From positions 1 through 64,000 of the forward strand of contig OZ374564.1 in the NCBI GenBank assembly GCA_977862235.1: DNA of 64,000 nucleotides. The letters are read 5' to 3'. The position numbers and the translations under genes are program-made. Within the stretch, counting starts at the first letter, position 1, and the number at the start of each line of letters is the position of its first letter. Below are positions 10,018-22,400 of this stretch, piece by piece. The stretch is from Dudresnaya verticillata. Its lineage: Eukaryota. A model generated the notes under the pieces. That model saw only the letters and a program-made list of their open reading frames with translations. It had not been told where the DNA came from and did not search any database.

Positions 10018-12416
10018 AGAATTGCGGATGCAATGTTCGTACTCGGTTTCCGTGTACTTCTGCCGGTCGGCCTGGATTGCAGACTTGCAATCGAAGCCGG
10101 GTCTTCGGATTCGGTAGTACTCTGTCGCTCAAGTCCGACTCTGCCTCCGTTCTTCTGCCGGTCGGCCTCGATTGCAAACTTGCAATCGAAGCCGGGTCCT
10201 CGGATTCGGTACTACTCTGCCGTTCAAGCCCAACAGCCTCCTTTCTTGTGCCGGTCGGCCTCAGTTGCAAACTGGCAATTGAAGCTGGTTGCCTCACAAG
10301 TTCACAAAGAATATCCGCTTCTCCTTAGAGTTCAAAACGGGCTCTTTTGCAAGCTAGCAACTGTGTTCGTCCCTAAGGAATGGCCAGGGCTCTGTTGTAA
10401 GCTTAAAATGTGCCCGGTTTTCAAACTCTCGTGGAGACAAGGTCGATGATTGCCAGTACCTACGCAGACAATTACAATTACAAGTCGACGCGGGCAATTG
10501 GACGATGCAGTGGATCCGACGGTGCGCTTGCCAACGGAATAGTTCTGCGTTGCTCGCGTCACGTCGGACGCGCAGAAAGGAAGGGAAGAAGGCTCTGTGC
10601 AGGGCAGAATGTCAAGGAAAGAGGTTTGCGGTCGCAAATCGAAATGTTCGGCACTTCGAGGGTCGAAAAAGAAGCTATAGTTGAGCGGCTTAGGGTCAGG
10701 GGGGTGATTGTCTGGATCGTGGGGAGGCCATGGGCCTCTCAACTGTCTGTCGCACTTATGCACAACTGCCGTCGATATTTTGGCGGGAAACCGAAACAGG
10801 GCCAGCTTGCTCTCCTGTATGTGAGATCCCTGTCTGGCGGGAATCTTGCGCAACCTCGCTCTCCTGACAAGTGTTTCAATTACGGTGCCGAATAGCAGTT
10901 TGCGACCAATGCCTGGTGATTCTTCACACCTATCGTATCAATGCGTTTTGGTACGTTTGGAAACTGCCGCCAGACTCACGCCATCAGACTTAAACCCCAC
11001 ACTCCAGTCGGTGGTCGTCCCCTCCCCCTCCCCCTCTCTCCAGAGACACCGACCCTAGCCCAAAGTTCAACACCTCCCCGCAGCTTCCCCGACAGAGTCA
11101 CACCGGAGCTGGCCTGCTTCCCTGCCCCATCCGATTGGCAGCGTCGCCGTCGGGCGCAGCCGTGCGCACTAACCTAATCCATAGCGATCCAATTCGGATA
11201 TGATCTAGTTCTTCTGTTTGGATCCCATTCGGATCCAATTAGAGAAGCAGATCATATCCGGCCTAGGTTGCAAACTTGCAATCGAGGCCGGATGGGAAAA
11301 TCCGAGGCAGAATGTACGTACTATCCCCCTCACTTCGCGATCTCTTCGTCACGACTTACATTTCCCGCTCAATAGAGTTCGCAAGGGGCCTGTGCCAGCC
11401 CCTTCACACCCTCCGGCCACGATTGCAAGCTTGCACCCTAGGCCGCAAGGCCCATTGGGCTGTGTGGAGCATGCTTTCCATCCGGCCTGCATTGCCAACT
11501 TTCAATCGAGGCCAAGAGGGTTGGAGTGCGTTCGAGTGCGCTGTGTGGAGCATTCTTTCTATCCGGCCTGCATTGCCAACTTTCAATTGAGGCCGGGAGG
11601 GTTGAAACAGGCTGTATGGAGCATTCTTTCCATCCGGTCACGTTCAGTAATCGGGATAATACGTAGACATTAGTCCACGTATTCTCCCGCTCACTACACG
11701 ATCTTTGCTAGTAAAGGACTTCCTTCATCAGTGTTGTCGCTGGTATTTCGATACCAAGACAATGGGTGCCTTACTGACTCGTATAGCCACACCTGGTTGC
11801 CTACAAACCTGCGGGTGGTAGAGTTAGCATTCACCACACTTGTTTCCTTCCCTGGAGCTGTTGCACATTGCATGTCTACAAGTAAGGAACTGAATGTGCT
11901 GAATGCTTCGTATGGTTGTCGGTCTAACAGTGCATGCGGGCCGGTGCCACGCGCCCCGTTGCATTGTGTGCGCCCAACCCAATGACACACTCCCCACAGA
12001 GTTTGTTTCCGGTAGGCTTACAGGTTTATTTGCGAGCGCGCGCGCTTTTTCCGCTCTCGATTTTGTATTTCGTATTTTCAACCGCATGGATGCAGCATGC
12101 GCGCGCACGCAAATCGATACCAGCACTGCGTGCTCGACACGTGCACTGCGCCTGCTGTGTTGGTTGGCCGAAAGCAGCACGGCACCGTGTGCGCTCCGTG
12201 CTTCACAGTGTGTATTCGCCGTTAAGCATGAAGTCGGCCCTCACGGGGTCAGGAAGGCCGATATTAAGCTTGGAGTCGAAACGAATCGGCCAATGCTGGC
12301 CTACAGCGATACCCCCTCACAGTAGTTCGTATTGCGCGACTCGGTCCTTAACGGAATGTTGATTTGTCATTAATCTGGGCGTTTCGTCTCCATGCTTAAC
12401 CCCGGATTACATATAG
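8781..12416. repeat. Segmental duplication of 15705-19343, flanked by telomeric tracts on both sides
   Basis: Near-identical sequence at offset 6924, shifting to 6927 after a 3-bp indel; the ORF set is duplicated. Confidence 0.97.
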
Positions 12417-12513
12417 CCCCTAAACCCCTAAACCCCTAAAAACCCCTAAACCCCTAAAACCCCTAAAAACCCCTAAACCCCTAAACCCCTAAAACCCCTA
12501 AACCCCTAAAACC
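12417..12513. repeat. Internal telomeric tract 3
   Basis: About 11 CCCCTAAA(A) units in the same orientation as the terminal array. Confidence 0.95.
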
Positions 12514-12606
12514 ATCATGGAGCGGTTTGTGCGTCTTCCGCACCAGAGCTCTGCGCTTCGTCCCACGCTTGGCCTCACGCACTTGCTTTCTTACACTCCT
12601 CGTCAT
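12513..12606 (-). pseudogene. Start of a basic-N-terminus ORF cut off by the telomere tract
   Basis: Manual translation: ATG at 12606 gives MTRSVRKQVREAKRGTKRRALVRKTHKPLHDG, then reads into TTTAGGGG repeats. Confidence 0.35.
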
Positions 12607-13429
12607 GTTGATCCCGGAGATCGGGGGTATGGGAAAGACAGGGAACACAGTTGGTCGAGCGAGGGACTAGGGGCAGCTCCAAAACGTCTTCTTTAAGCGG
12701 GAGCACTTGGCCAGGTAACAGTTGAGGGCAGGAAGCGAAAGAGATGCAGCGCACGGCGGCAGAGAGCCGAGTAGTGGCGCTTGCAAAGGAGCACGAGGGC
12801 GGTGGTAGGGTGAAGTAGCGGCGCGCAGCGGAACGAATACGTACAGGAGCGCGGCGGTGGTGGATTCTCACGGACGGAGGAACGCAATCACAAGAGCGGG
12901 GCGGCAGTGGCGGAACGCGGGGCAGAGCAAACGCGCAGAGAGCAGGATATCGTGGGGACTGAGCTGTCGCTTTGGGTAGGGTTGGGGCAGAGGTGGTCAT
13001 TGGGAGCGACGACAATACCGCCGTGGGCGAGAATATCTACGAAAATTGTCGGATCCAAATCTGATCCAATGCGGCGACGACGGCGAGGGAAAGAAATTAC
13101 CCTACATGCAATTGCCGAATTACCCTAGATGACATTTCCTAATTCCCCGGAAATAAACGGGAGCTGTAATTCAGAGCACGCTTGTTGATGGGCGAGCAGC
13201 AGTGCTGTAATGCAGTAGGTACAGTTGCACAGTAACTCGCACGATTGTGGGACTGCAGCGCTCACATATGAGCTAAACCTATTGTCAGTTAGGCCATTAA
13301 ACCTCTTTCTTTCCTGCAAATTGTAAACTTGTTAATGGCGGTCAACCCGCTCATGAGCTTTACCGAAACGTATTTGAGCCCGGTGACTAGTAATGTCCCC
13401 GTCTGCTGGCCTCAATGGAACTACAATAA

Positions 13430-14230
13430 GGTGCGGAATAATCCTGTCATCCACTGAACCCGGTGGCATTTATACACGGTGACCGCGAAAATCAGTGATA
13501 CTTAAGTGCAATGACGGTAGAACTCTCATATAATAAATGTAGTGGTACTTAAAAACGCGGAGGGGTACTCCCCTCATGATGCGCTAAGCTCAGTCGCATT
13601 TAAAAGCGGTGATGGTTAAACCCAGTGGCGCTTAAATGGAATGGCTTCTTAAACTCCAGACTTCCTAAAGCCAGTAGAACTTAAATGCTTAAATACCGGG
13701 AAGGTTAATCCCCTCATAAATTTCAACCAGTTGCACTTAAATACCGCTTCTATTAATCTCCCCATGCAGAAAACGCAGTGGAACGTAAATACCGTTACTG
13801 TTAGACTCCCATTCCTTAAATCCAGTGGTAGTTAAGTACCGTCACAGTTAATCCCTTCATGCGTTAAACCCATTGGTAATTATATACCGTGATTGTTAAT
13901 CCCATCATGCGCTAAACCCATCGATAATTATATATGGAGACTGTTAATCCCTTCATGTGCTAAACCCAATTGGTAAATATATAGGGGGACTGTTAACCCC
14001 TTCCTGTGCCAAACCAAATGGTAATTACATACAGTCAATGTTAATCCCAACACTGTTAATTCCTCCATGCGCTAAACCCATGGGTTGTTATATTTGGTCA
14101 CATTTAATCCTTTCATACGGTAAACCCATTCGTAACTACATACGGTCACTGTTAAACCCTTCATGCGCTAGACCCAGTGGTATTTATATATGCTGACTGT
14201 TAAACCCATACTCCATTAAATACAACTCTT
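13430..14230. repeat. Degenerate 48-bp minisatellite with telomere-like cores (GTTAATCCC / CTAAACCC)
   Basis: Unit starts at 13847, 13895, 13943, 13992 and 14040; more diverged units on both sides. Confidence 0.85.
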
Positions 14231-14388
14231 GCTAGATTTCATCTCAGTTACTCCCATAACCCGTTAAACCAAGTACCTACGCATCTATCTACCTTACTCC
14301 CCAGCTTCCACTTAAACCGTAGCTCCCTTACATACAAACCATCCTTGCTCCCAAACTACCTAGTCCGTTACTATATAATATAGAAGTA

Positions 14389-14406
14389 TAACCCCTAAAC
14401 CCCTAA
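14389..14406. repeat. Internal telomeric tract 4 (~2 units)
   Basis: TAACCCCTAAACCCCTAA exactly at the point where the RecQ ORF is cut. Confidence 0.8.
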
Positions 14407-16169
14407 GACCGGTAGTGCGCAGACTGTATTATTATATGCGCTTCATCCACCACAAATCGGGAGAGCAACCTTCTTGCGTACAATTTCCCGACAACTTCCA
14501 CGTATTTCTTCGAATTTACAGCTTCAGGCTGCAGAAGCAAAATGCCGCGTTCCAAAGATGATCCCGTCTCTCGGTATCGGAGATCATTGAGCGTGTGAAA
14601 GACGAGCTCAGCTTCCCGGCACCTCTTCTCAATCTCTTTAGAGAGGGATTTCAATGGCGAAATGAATACTGTCACGCCTGCCTCGTTGGCGAAGGGTCCA
14701 AATATAACGGCTGTCTTGCCACCTCCCGTCCTCAACACGATCAAGGCGTCCAGAACACCCTGAGCAACAACCTCCATCGCTCGTCGCTGTTCCGGACTTC
14801 GAAACTGCGCTTCTGGTGTCCTCAGCACCTTTCGGAGGTGTTCTTCTACGTCAACATCTCGCTGGAACGGGAATCGGATCTCGTTCTCTGCATTCATATC
14901 TTCCTCATTTTCTGTGCTCCCTTGACTTCCAATGCTCATCAACTCGTCTTGATCTTCCGCACTACCCGCGACTTCATACCTTGGTTCCCCACCCACGCCA
15001 CTTCCGGACGATGGACCCGCATTGTTGGTACCAGGGGATTCGCCACGGCCGGGTTCCCGTGGACTACTTGGCGAGGTCAACGGCGCCATGCCCTTCTGCT
15101 CTTTCGCCTCCACTCCCAGGGCCGGTCCCTCTTCCACACTTGCAACACTGTTCGGAACCACTGGATCCATTGAAGGACTTGGCTCCTCCGTGGGCACCAT
15201 GGATGCCTTCTTGTCTGACCTCAGATGTACATTTTCAACCATGTCGGAGGCTGTTCCACTACCATTTCCATCTGGTTCGCTACTCGGACCTGGTTCGCTA
15301 CTCGGACCACAGTCCTCCGTCTCCATTCGATCCATTGCCCACAAATGCAACCTTTCGAAAATGTCCATTTCTCGAATTGACCTCCTTCCGTACAGCAACC
15401 GCTGAAAGCTCAAACAAGTCTGTTCACCTACCTCTTCTCCCCCTTCCGGCCTCGATTGCAAGCTTGCAATCTGGGCCGGCACTATCGCCTCCTCCGCTAG
15501 GCTCGGATTCTCCACCGAGGTCAAACATGTCTGCTTTTCCACCTCTTTTTCACAGCTGGCAACCTCGGCCAGCACCATCGCTTCCCCCACTAGACTCGGA
15601 TTCTCCACCGAGGTGAAACAACTCTGCTCTTCCACCTCATTTTCATCGTCCGGACTCGATTGCAAGTTTGCAATCGAGGCCGGCAACATCGGTTCCTCCA
15701 CTACACTCGGATTCTCCACCGAGGTCTCCACCGAGGTCAAACAAGTCTGCTTTTCCACCTCATTTTCACCGTCCGGCCTCGATTGCAACCTTGCAATCTC
15801 GGCCGGCACCATCGGTTCCTCCGCTAGACTCGATGTCTGCACTGTCTTCTCTATCTCCATGCATACATCCGGCCTCGGCCCCACACCTACAACCTTGGCG
15901 AGCGCCATCGCCGTGGTTGTTCGGATGTGTTCGGGCACTGGCGGAAAAGAAGATACGTCCGCTGATTCTCGTCTCTTCGTCGGCTTCGGTTGCTCGTTCT
16001 CAACCAGGCCAGGAACTTTCGCGGCACCACTTCTCCTCATCTTCTTCGCCTTTCTTGGGTCCTTTTCTGCACAAGTCTTCCCAATTCGGCGCTTCCTCAG
16101 TTTCTTCTTCTTCTCGTACACTGGAGCCTCATCTTCAGCTGACTGAGCGGCTCTTGTGCGCCTTGACAC
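14403..16169 (-). pseudogene. RecQ-family (SF2) helicase, telomere-linked-helicase-like, truncated just after motif II
   Basis: FRSPEQRRAM (Q motif), LRTGGGKT (motif I), VFISPLKSL (Ia), FVVDEAH (II). Stop codon is supplied by the telomere tract. Long acidic, repetitive N-terminal linker. Confidence 0.85.
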
Positions 16170-16941
16170 TCATTTCCGCAGCTTTCTGAATGCTGATCCC
16201 AAGCTCCTTCAGTTTCAAATCCGCCCGTGTGTCAAATGCAAAGTTTCCCATCGCACTCAACCGCGGCTCCTGCGAAAGAACGGAGACTTTTCTCTCCTCC
16301 TCAACATCTTCAAGGCAGTGGATGATTCCTTGGGCAACACTGTTGGCCACGTCGGATGTAGATCTACTCCCTTCATCACCTTCTTCTCGCACCAGGAAGT
16401 ATTGTCCAACTTTTTTGAATAGTTTCTGAGCCTTCACCGGTCGTACTTCTTTTCGAAGATCGGACAAGGTAACGTTCTCCATTGATTGCACGTGCTTCTC
16501 GCGGTAATGCTGGTACAGACCCCGAATGGTAGGGCTGCTATGATGGCATACGCGACACGGGTACACCTCAACCACAGGGAGAAATGACAGTGACCGTACT
16601 CTTCCTCTGCATTCATCATTTTTCACGGTGGAAAAGTAATGCTCACGTTCCGTCTCGGTGCAGCTCGGTACCACGGAGGCCTTCACCTTCTGCAGGGAAG
16701 TGAACAGACCTCGAATTTTCTTCCCTTCGGCAAGCTTTTCGCATCTCCGAATATGATTGCGAAAGTGTTTTAATTGCTCTTTCCCAAGGTATATCCCAGA
16801 CCTGCACCTGCGGCAAAATGGATGTGAGATCTCAGGTATGATGACAACCCCACTTTCCGACAGTCCTTCTTCCGCCTTTCTAAGTTCAGAAACGGACTCA
16901 GCTGTTACATCAGCTTCCGATGCAGTCATCTGGAAGGGCAA
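16135..16941 (-). CDS. OrsD/DUF3505-like zinc-binding protein; probable N-terminal part of the TLH-like helicase (out of frame with it)
   Basis: CRRC...H, LPVVEVYPCRVC...QHYREKH and VKAQKLF...QYFLV match the OrsD-like pattern found N-terminal in fungal TLH proteins. Overlaps the helicase ORF by 35 nt. Confidence 0.6.
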   Translation of the reverse strand: MPFQMTASEADVTAESVSELRKAEEGLSESGVVIIPEISHPFCRRCRSGIYLGKEQLKHFRNHIRRCEKLAEGKKIRGLFTSLQKVKASVVPSCTETEREHYFSTVKNDECRGRVRSLSFLPVVEVYPCRVCHHSSPTIRGLYQHYREKHVQSMENVTLSDLRKEVRPVKAQKLFKKVGQYFLVREEGDEGSRSTSDVANSVAQGIIHCLEDVEEERKVSVLSQEPRLSAMGNFAFDTRADLKLKELGISIQKAAEMSVKAHKSRSVS

Positions 16942-19452
16942 AGAATTGCGGATGCAATGTTCGTACTCGGTTTCCGTGTACTTCTGCCGGTCGGCCTGGA
17001 TTGCAGACTTGCAATCGAAGCCGGGTCTTCGGATTCGGTAGTACTCTGTCGCTCAAGTCCGACTCTGCCTCCGTTCTTCTGCCGGTCGGCCTCGATTGCA
17101 AACTTGCAATCGAAGCCGGGTCCTCGGATTCGGTACTACTCTGCCGTTCAAGCCCAACAGCCTCCTTTCTTGTGCCGGTCGGCCTCAGTTGCAAACTGGC
17201 AATTGAAGCTGGTTGCCTCACAAGTTCACAAAGAATATCCGCTTCTCCTTAGAGTTCAAAACGGGCTCTTTTGCAAGCTAACAACTGTGTTCGTCCCCAA
17301 GGAATGGCCAGGGCTCTGTTGTAAGCTTAAAATGTGCCCGGTTTTCAAACTCTCGTGGAGACAAGGTCGATGATTGCCAGTACCTACGCAGACAATTAGA
17401 ATTACAAGTCAACTCGGGCAATTGGACGATGCAGTGGATCCGACGGTGCGCTTGCCAACGGAATAGTTCTGCGTTGCTCGCGTCACGTCAGACGCGCAGA
17501 AAGGAAGGGAAGAAGGCTCTGTGCAGGGCAGAACGTCAAGGAAAGAGGTTTGCGGTCGCAAATCGAAATGTTCGGCACGTCGAGGGTCGAAAAAGAAGCT
17601 ATAGTTGAGCGGCTTAGGGTCAGGGGGGTGATTGTCTGGATCGTGGGGAGGCCATGGGCCTCTCAACTGTCTGTCGCACTTATGCACAACTGCCGTCGAT
17701 ATTTTGGCGGGAAACCGAAACAGGGCCAGCTTGCTCTCCTGTATGTGAGATCCCTGTCTGGCGGGAATCTTGCGCAACCTCGCTCTCCTGACAAGTGTTT
17801 CAATTACGGTGCCGAATAGCAGTTTGCGACCAATGCCTGGTGATTCTTCACACCTATCGTATCAATGCGTTTTGGTACGTTTGGAAACTGCCGCCAGACT
17901 CACGCCATCAGACTTAAACCCCACACTCCAGTCGGTGGTCGTCCCCTCCCCCTCCCCCTCTCTCCAGAGACACCGACCCTAGCCCAAAGTTCAACACCTC
18001 CCCGCAGCTTCCCCGACAGAGTCACACCGGAGCTGGCCTGCTTCCCTGCCCCATCCGATTGCCAACGTCGCCGTCGGGCGCAGCCGTGCGCACTAACCTA
18101 ATCCACAGCGATCCAATTCGGATATTATCTAGTTCTTCTGTTTGGATCCCATTCGGATCCAATTAGAGAAGCAGATCATATCCGGCCTAGGTTGCAAACT
18201 TGCAATCGAGGCCGGATGGGAAAATCCGAGGCATAATGTACGTATTATCCCCCTCACTTCACGATCTCTTCGTCACGACTTACATTTCCCGCTCAATAGA
18301 GTTCGCAAGGGGCCTGTGCCAGCCCCTTCACACCCTCCGGCCACGATTGCAAGCTTGCACCCTAGGCCGCAAGGCCCATTGGGCTGTGTGGAGCATGCTT
18401 TCCATCCGGCCTGCATTGCAAACTTTCAATCGAGGCCAAGAGGGTTGGAGTGCGTTCGAGTGCGCTGTGTGGAGCATTCTTTCTATCCGGCCTGCATTGC
18501 CAACTTTCAATTGAGGCCGGGAGGGTTGAAACAGGCTGTATGGAGCATTCTTTCCATCCGGTCACGTTCAGTAATCGGGATAATACGTAGACATTAGTCC
18601 ACGTATTCTCCCGCTCACTACACGATCTTTGCTAGTAAAGGACTTCCTTTCTCAGTGTTGTCGCTGGTGTTTCGATACCCAGACAATGGATGCCTTACTG
18701 ACTCGTTGTATGCCCACACCTGGTTGCCTGCAAACCTGCGGGTGGTAGAGTTAGCATTCACCACACTTGTTTCCTTCCCTGGACTTGTTGCGCATTACAT
18801 GTCTACAAGTACGGAACTGAATGTGCTGAATGCTTCGTATGGTCGTCGGTCTAACAGTGCATGCGGGCCGGTGCCACGCGCCTCGTTGCATTGTGTGCGC
18901 CAAACCCAATGACAAACTCCCCACAGAGTTTGTTTCCGGTAGGCTTACAGGTTTATTTGCGAGCGCGCGCCCTTTTTCCGCTCTCGATTTTGTATTTCGT
19001 ATTTTGAACCGCATGGATGCAGCATGCGCGCGCACGCAAATCGATACCAGCACTGCGTGCTCGACACGTGCACTGCGCCTGCTGTGTTGGTTGGCCGAAA
19101 GCAGCACGGCACCGTGTGCGCTCCGTGCTTCACAGTGTGTATTCGCCGTTAAGCATGAAGTCGGCCCTCACGGGGTCAGGAAGGCTGTTATTAAGCATGG
19201 AGTCGAAACGAATCGGCCAATGCTGGCCTATAGCGATACCCTCTCACAGTAGTTCGTATTGCGCGACTCGGTCCTTAACGGAATGTTGATTTGTCATTAA
19301 TCTGGGCGTTTCGTCTCCATGCTTAACCCCGGATTACATATAGATAGTGGATCTCACGCTCTCAGTAGTGACCGCGGCGCCTCTACCCTTCCATACAGCA
19401 GTGTGAAGTGGTCTAGGGGGCTTCTACTAGTACATCATTACTTCAAGGCCCT

Positions 19453-22400
19453 GTGGATGCGAGCACCCTAACAGGAGCCCCTGGGAGAGACAGGTCTGAA
19501 TGTGTGGACATTGTCTCAAATTGTGGATTTAGTGAGGAGGAGGTGAGGGAGGTATTGAAGGATTTTGCAGAAGAAGCACATGGGGGTACGGCGTTACCTG
19601 ACCGTATCGGTACGACGACATATATGTATGAGAGGTATCTTTCAGACCCGAGGGGAAGCATGTCGTACCACGACTTGCTTCTACGGCCTGACCTGGGCCT
19701 TGTTAGGCCGCGGTATCAGAATCGGACAGGGAGTGGTCATTCGCTAGGAAGACGTGCTAGGAGACAGGTTGATTTCATTAGAATGGCGTACGCCTTGCAA
19801 AGCAAAGCCTTGCTTTGCCGCTTCATTGCAACAATTCCTAGCGACGGACAGGAAGAGGTTGCAAATCAATTTCTACAGTACCTTGAAGTTACTGCAAGGA
19901 CTGGCTCAATTGGACAAAGTTCCAATTCGAGGACAATTAGCTCTGCAGAGTTGGGGGGTCGACTTGCCGCTCTCCTCGAAAGCCATTCTAGACGGAAAGA
20001 GAGAAACAATGGTTTGGAGCTACTTTTCGGTCCAGTTATTGGTATATGCGTACGGTTCTCTACATCAACAAAAACTATTCCCTCAGGAGGTCAGGGAGTT
20101 GCATCCAAGTCTAGAGAACACCACACGTGTTGTACATGGATAGACAAAGCGGGGTCCATTCGCTGTACTTGCATTGGGTATACCGATTATCGTGTTAGAA
20201 CGAATCTGGATGCCTTCAAAGATCCGTGCTGTCATCATACTCGAGCATTTACATCTCTACTGGACGAGATATCAACCGGTTTGTCAGGCTATCTACCTAC
20301 CACACGCATGGAATGCGCACTGGCGTTAATTGAAATGTGCAAAAGTAAGTTTGGCGATGTGGAATGTGCTGTATTCATGGTCGACCTTCCTCATCTGTGG
20401 AACCACCATGGAACAGCAATATCTGTAATTGCTAGGGCGGATCCACTCTCTCCAGATGAGCTTCTATACATTCCGATAAGGCGTACGATGCGGAATGGGG
20501 AGCACAGGATATGCGCCTTCTGCGATTTGTCAAAGACGACTAGTTGTGAGCACGTCACTTTATTCCATTCACTAGATACTCATGGAGGGCCGTTGAACGG
20601 TACTGAAGGGTCTGGACCACAACAGCGTCCGAGAACTATGCAACACGGGCCGGACTGGAATCCCATGCTCGACCTACAATCAGTATCCTATTTCCCACTT
20701 CCAATTGTCAACTGCACAAGGAGCATTCGAGTTGACCGGGAAGTATTGCAGCTATCGCAGAAGTGTGCCGCATTTCTCGTCAAGGCTCCAAAGATATGTA
20801 TGGTATGCCACAGTCTACGTTCCGAAAGCAGTAGGAAACTTCAGGAGGGCATTCTCTTATTCTCGGCTGGATCTTGCCGAATGCATATAGAGATATTCGA
20901 GTGCAGCAGCCTGTCTTGCAATGCGAAGATTCATTCTGAAGGGTGGGACCATGGTATATTACTCCTGACACTATCTTCTGCAGCTACACATGTGGTACTA
21001 CGAGACATATTGACAGGTGTGTCTTTGACGAATGGAACTGTTAGCGGGCGCATACAGCAGTTCCACTCCACAATGCTCTCTAACATAAGTGCAGATTTAA
21101 TCCCAGGGATTTGGTTGCAGCGCGACTCTACGTTGACACCAGAGCAGCAGTTCCAGAAACAAGTTGACGAGAATGTCCGAGACGGACTTTTCGATTTAGA
21201 AGGATATGATGCCCCCGCATCCCAATCGATTCAGGATGCACATGATGATTCATCGCATCCCCCCGGGGCAGGAGGGCAGCATGCACCACCTCCTGTTAGA
21301 AATGTCTGGTCCGAAAGGAGTCCGAGAACGACGTCTGATGACGCGGGATTGTTGCAAAGCCAGCATGGGTGGCGTTCTGCAAGGTTGATTCAGAAACTGT
21401 GTGTGGTTATGTGTCAAGTTAATGGTTGCTGCCCCACCGCGAAGTTTATTTCAGTGCAACGCATGCGAGGCGACTGGACGGATGCATGCAATTTGCGCGG
21501 ATGGCATATGGAGTGGGTATCAGAAAAGGTTGCGAAGGAAGTTTACAAACGCGTCCCAACCTTGCGAGGCCCTACACGTGTCTAGGGCAGTCTCCCGGAA
21601 TGCTACGAGAAAGCGTCCGCTTCCCGGACTGCTTCGCCGGGAACGGACCGCGCTCCTACTGATCTCTGCTATAGAGGGCTCCTCAATTACCATTACTGGC
21701 CAAACGGTTTCAGCATGTGCTTCAGTAGTTCGTCTCATCAACCCCTCTGTTCTTCCAACCAGCTACTTCCAGGAGTCCATATGTGGTAGAAACGGTGGTG
21801 ACTGTAGCGATGACATAGGCGAATGCGTACTGAAGAGGATTCGGGAGCTCACAACTTTCATTTTTACTGAGGAGGTGTTGCTTCTACGTCTGTGTAGGGC
21901 GCTTCTGAAGTACCTTGTGAAGGTATGTCAGCGCAACAACAGGAATGCGCTGACAGCTGCGCATGAAGGAGTTAAGGAAACTGTCACGGCATATATTTCA
22001 AGGGATAGCGTTGCTAGTATAGCGGATACTCAAGGTTTGCCGTGGAACAGTAGCTTCACATCAGATCGAGACGAGGAAGAAGAAGTCCTAAGGGACTGCC
22101 GACATGACTTGTTCATACTTTTTAAGGCATTAGTGCAGGCCCCATGTACTCAGTTTGTGACGAAGAAGCAGCTGCAAAGTCTATCTACTATAGCTAACGC
22201 TTGCATGGCAGGAATTGAAGGAGTTAAAGAACAACTGAAGGAGACAACTGTTCCGATTGCACAGAGGAGTCAGACCTAAAACTATAATGTGCTAAGGTTT
22301 CTACGGATACTGCGCGGAGAACTCTCCGCGACGTTGTACTTCGAAAACGTGTGCGAAGTTTTGCTGCAACATATAGGGAAATCGCTTCATGATGTGGCGA

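Noticed and set aside
10033..12362. Short ORFs in the duplicated upstream region
   Set aside because: Several differ by disrupting changes between the two copies and derive from palindromic repeats; treated as non-coding.
13430..14230. CRISPR-like regular repeat
   Set aside because: The whole unit is degenerate repeat with no unique spacers, no cas genes, and a eukaryotic context.
1536..14406. Penelope-like terminal retroelement chain (Athena/Coprina/Terminon)
   Set aside because: No RT or hammerhead motif noticed in the blocks, and the ORFs are truncated at their 3' ends, the opposite polarity.
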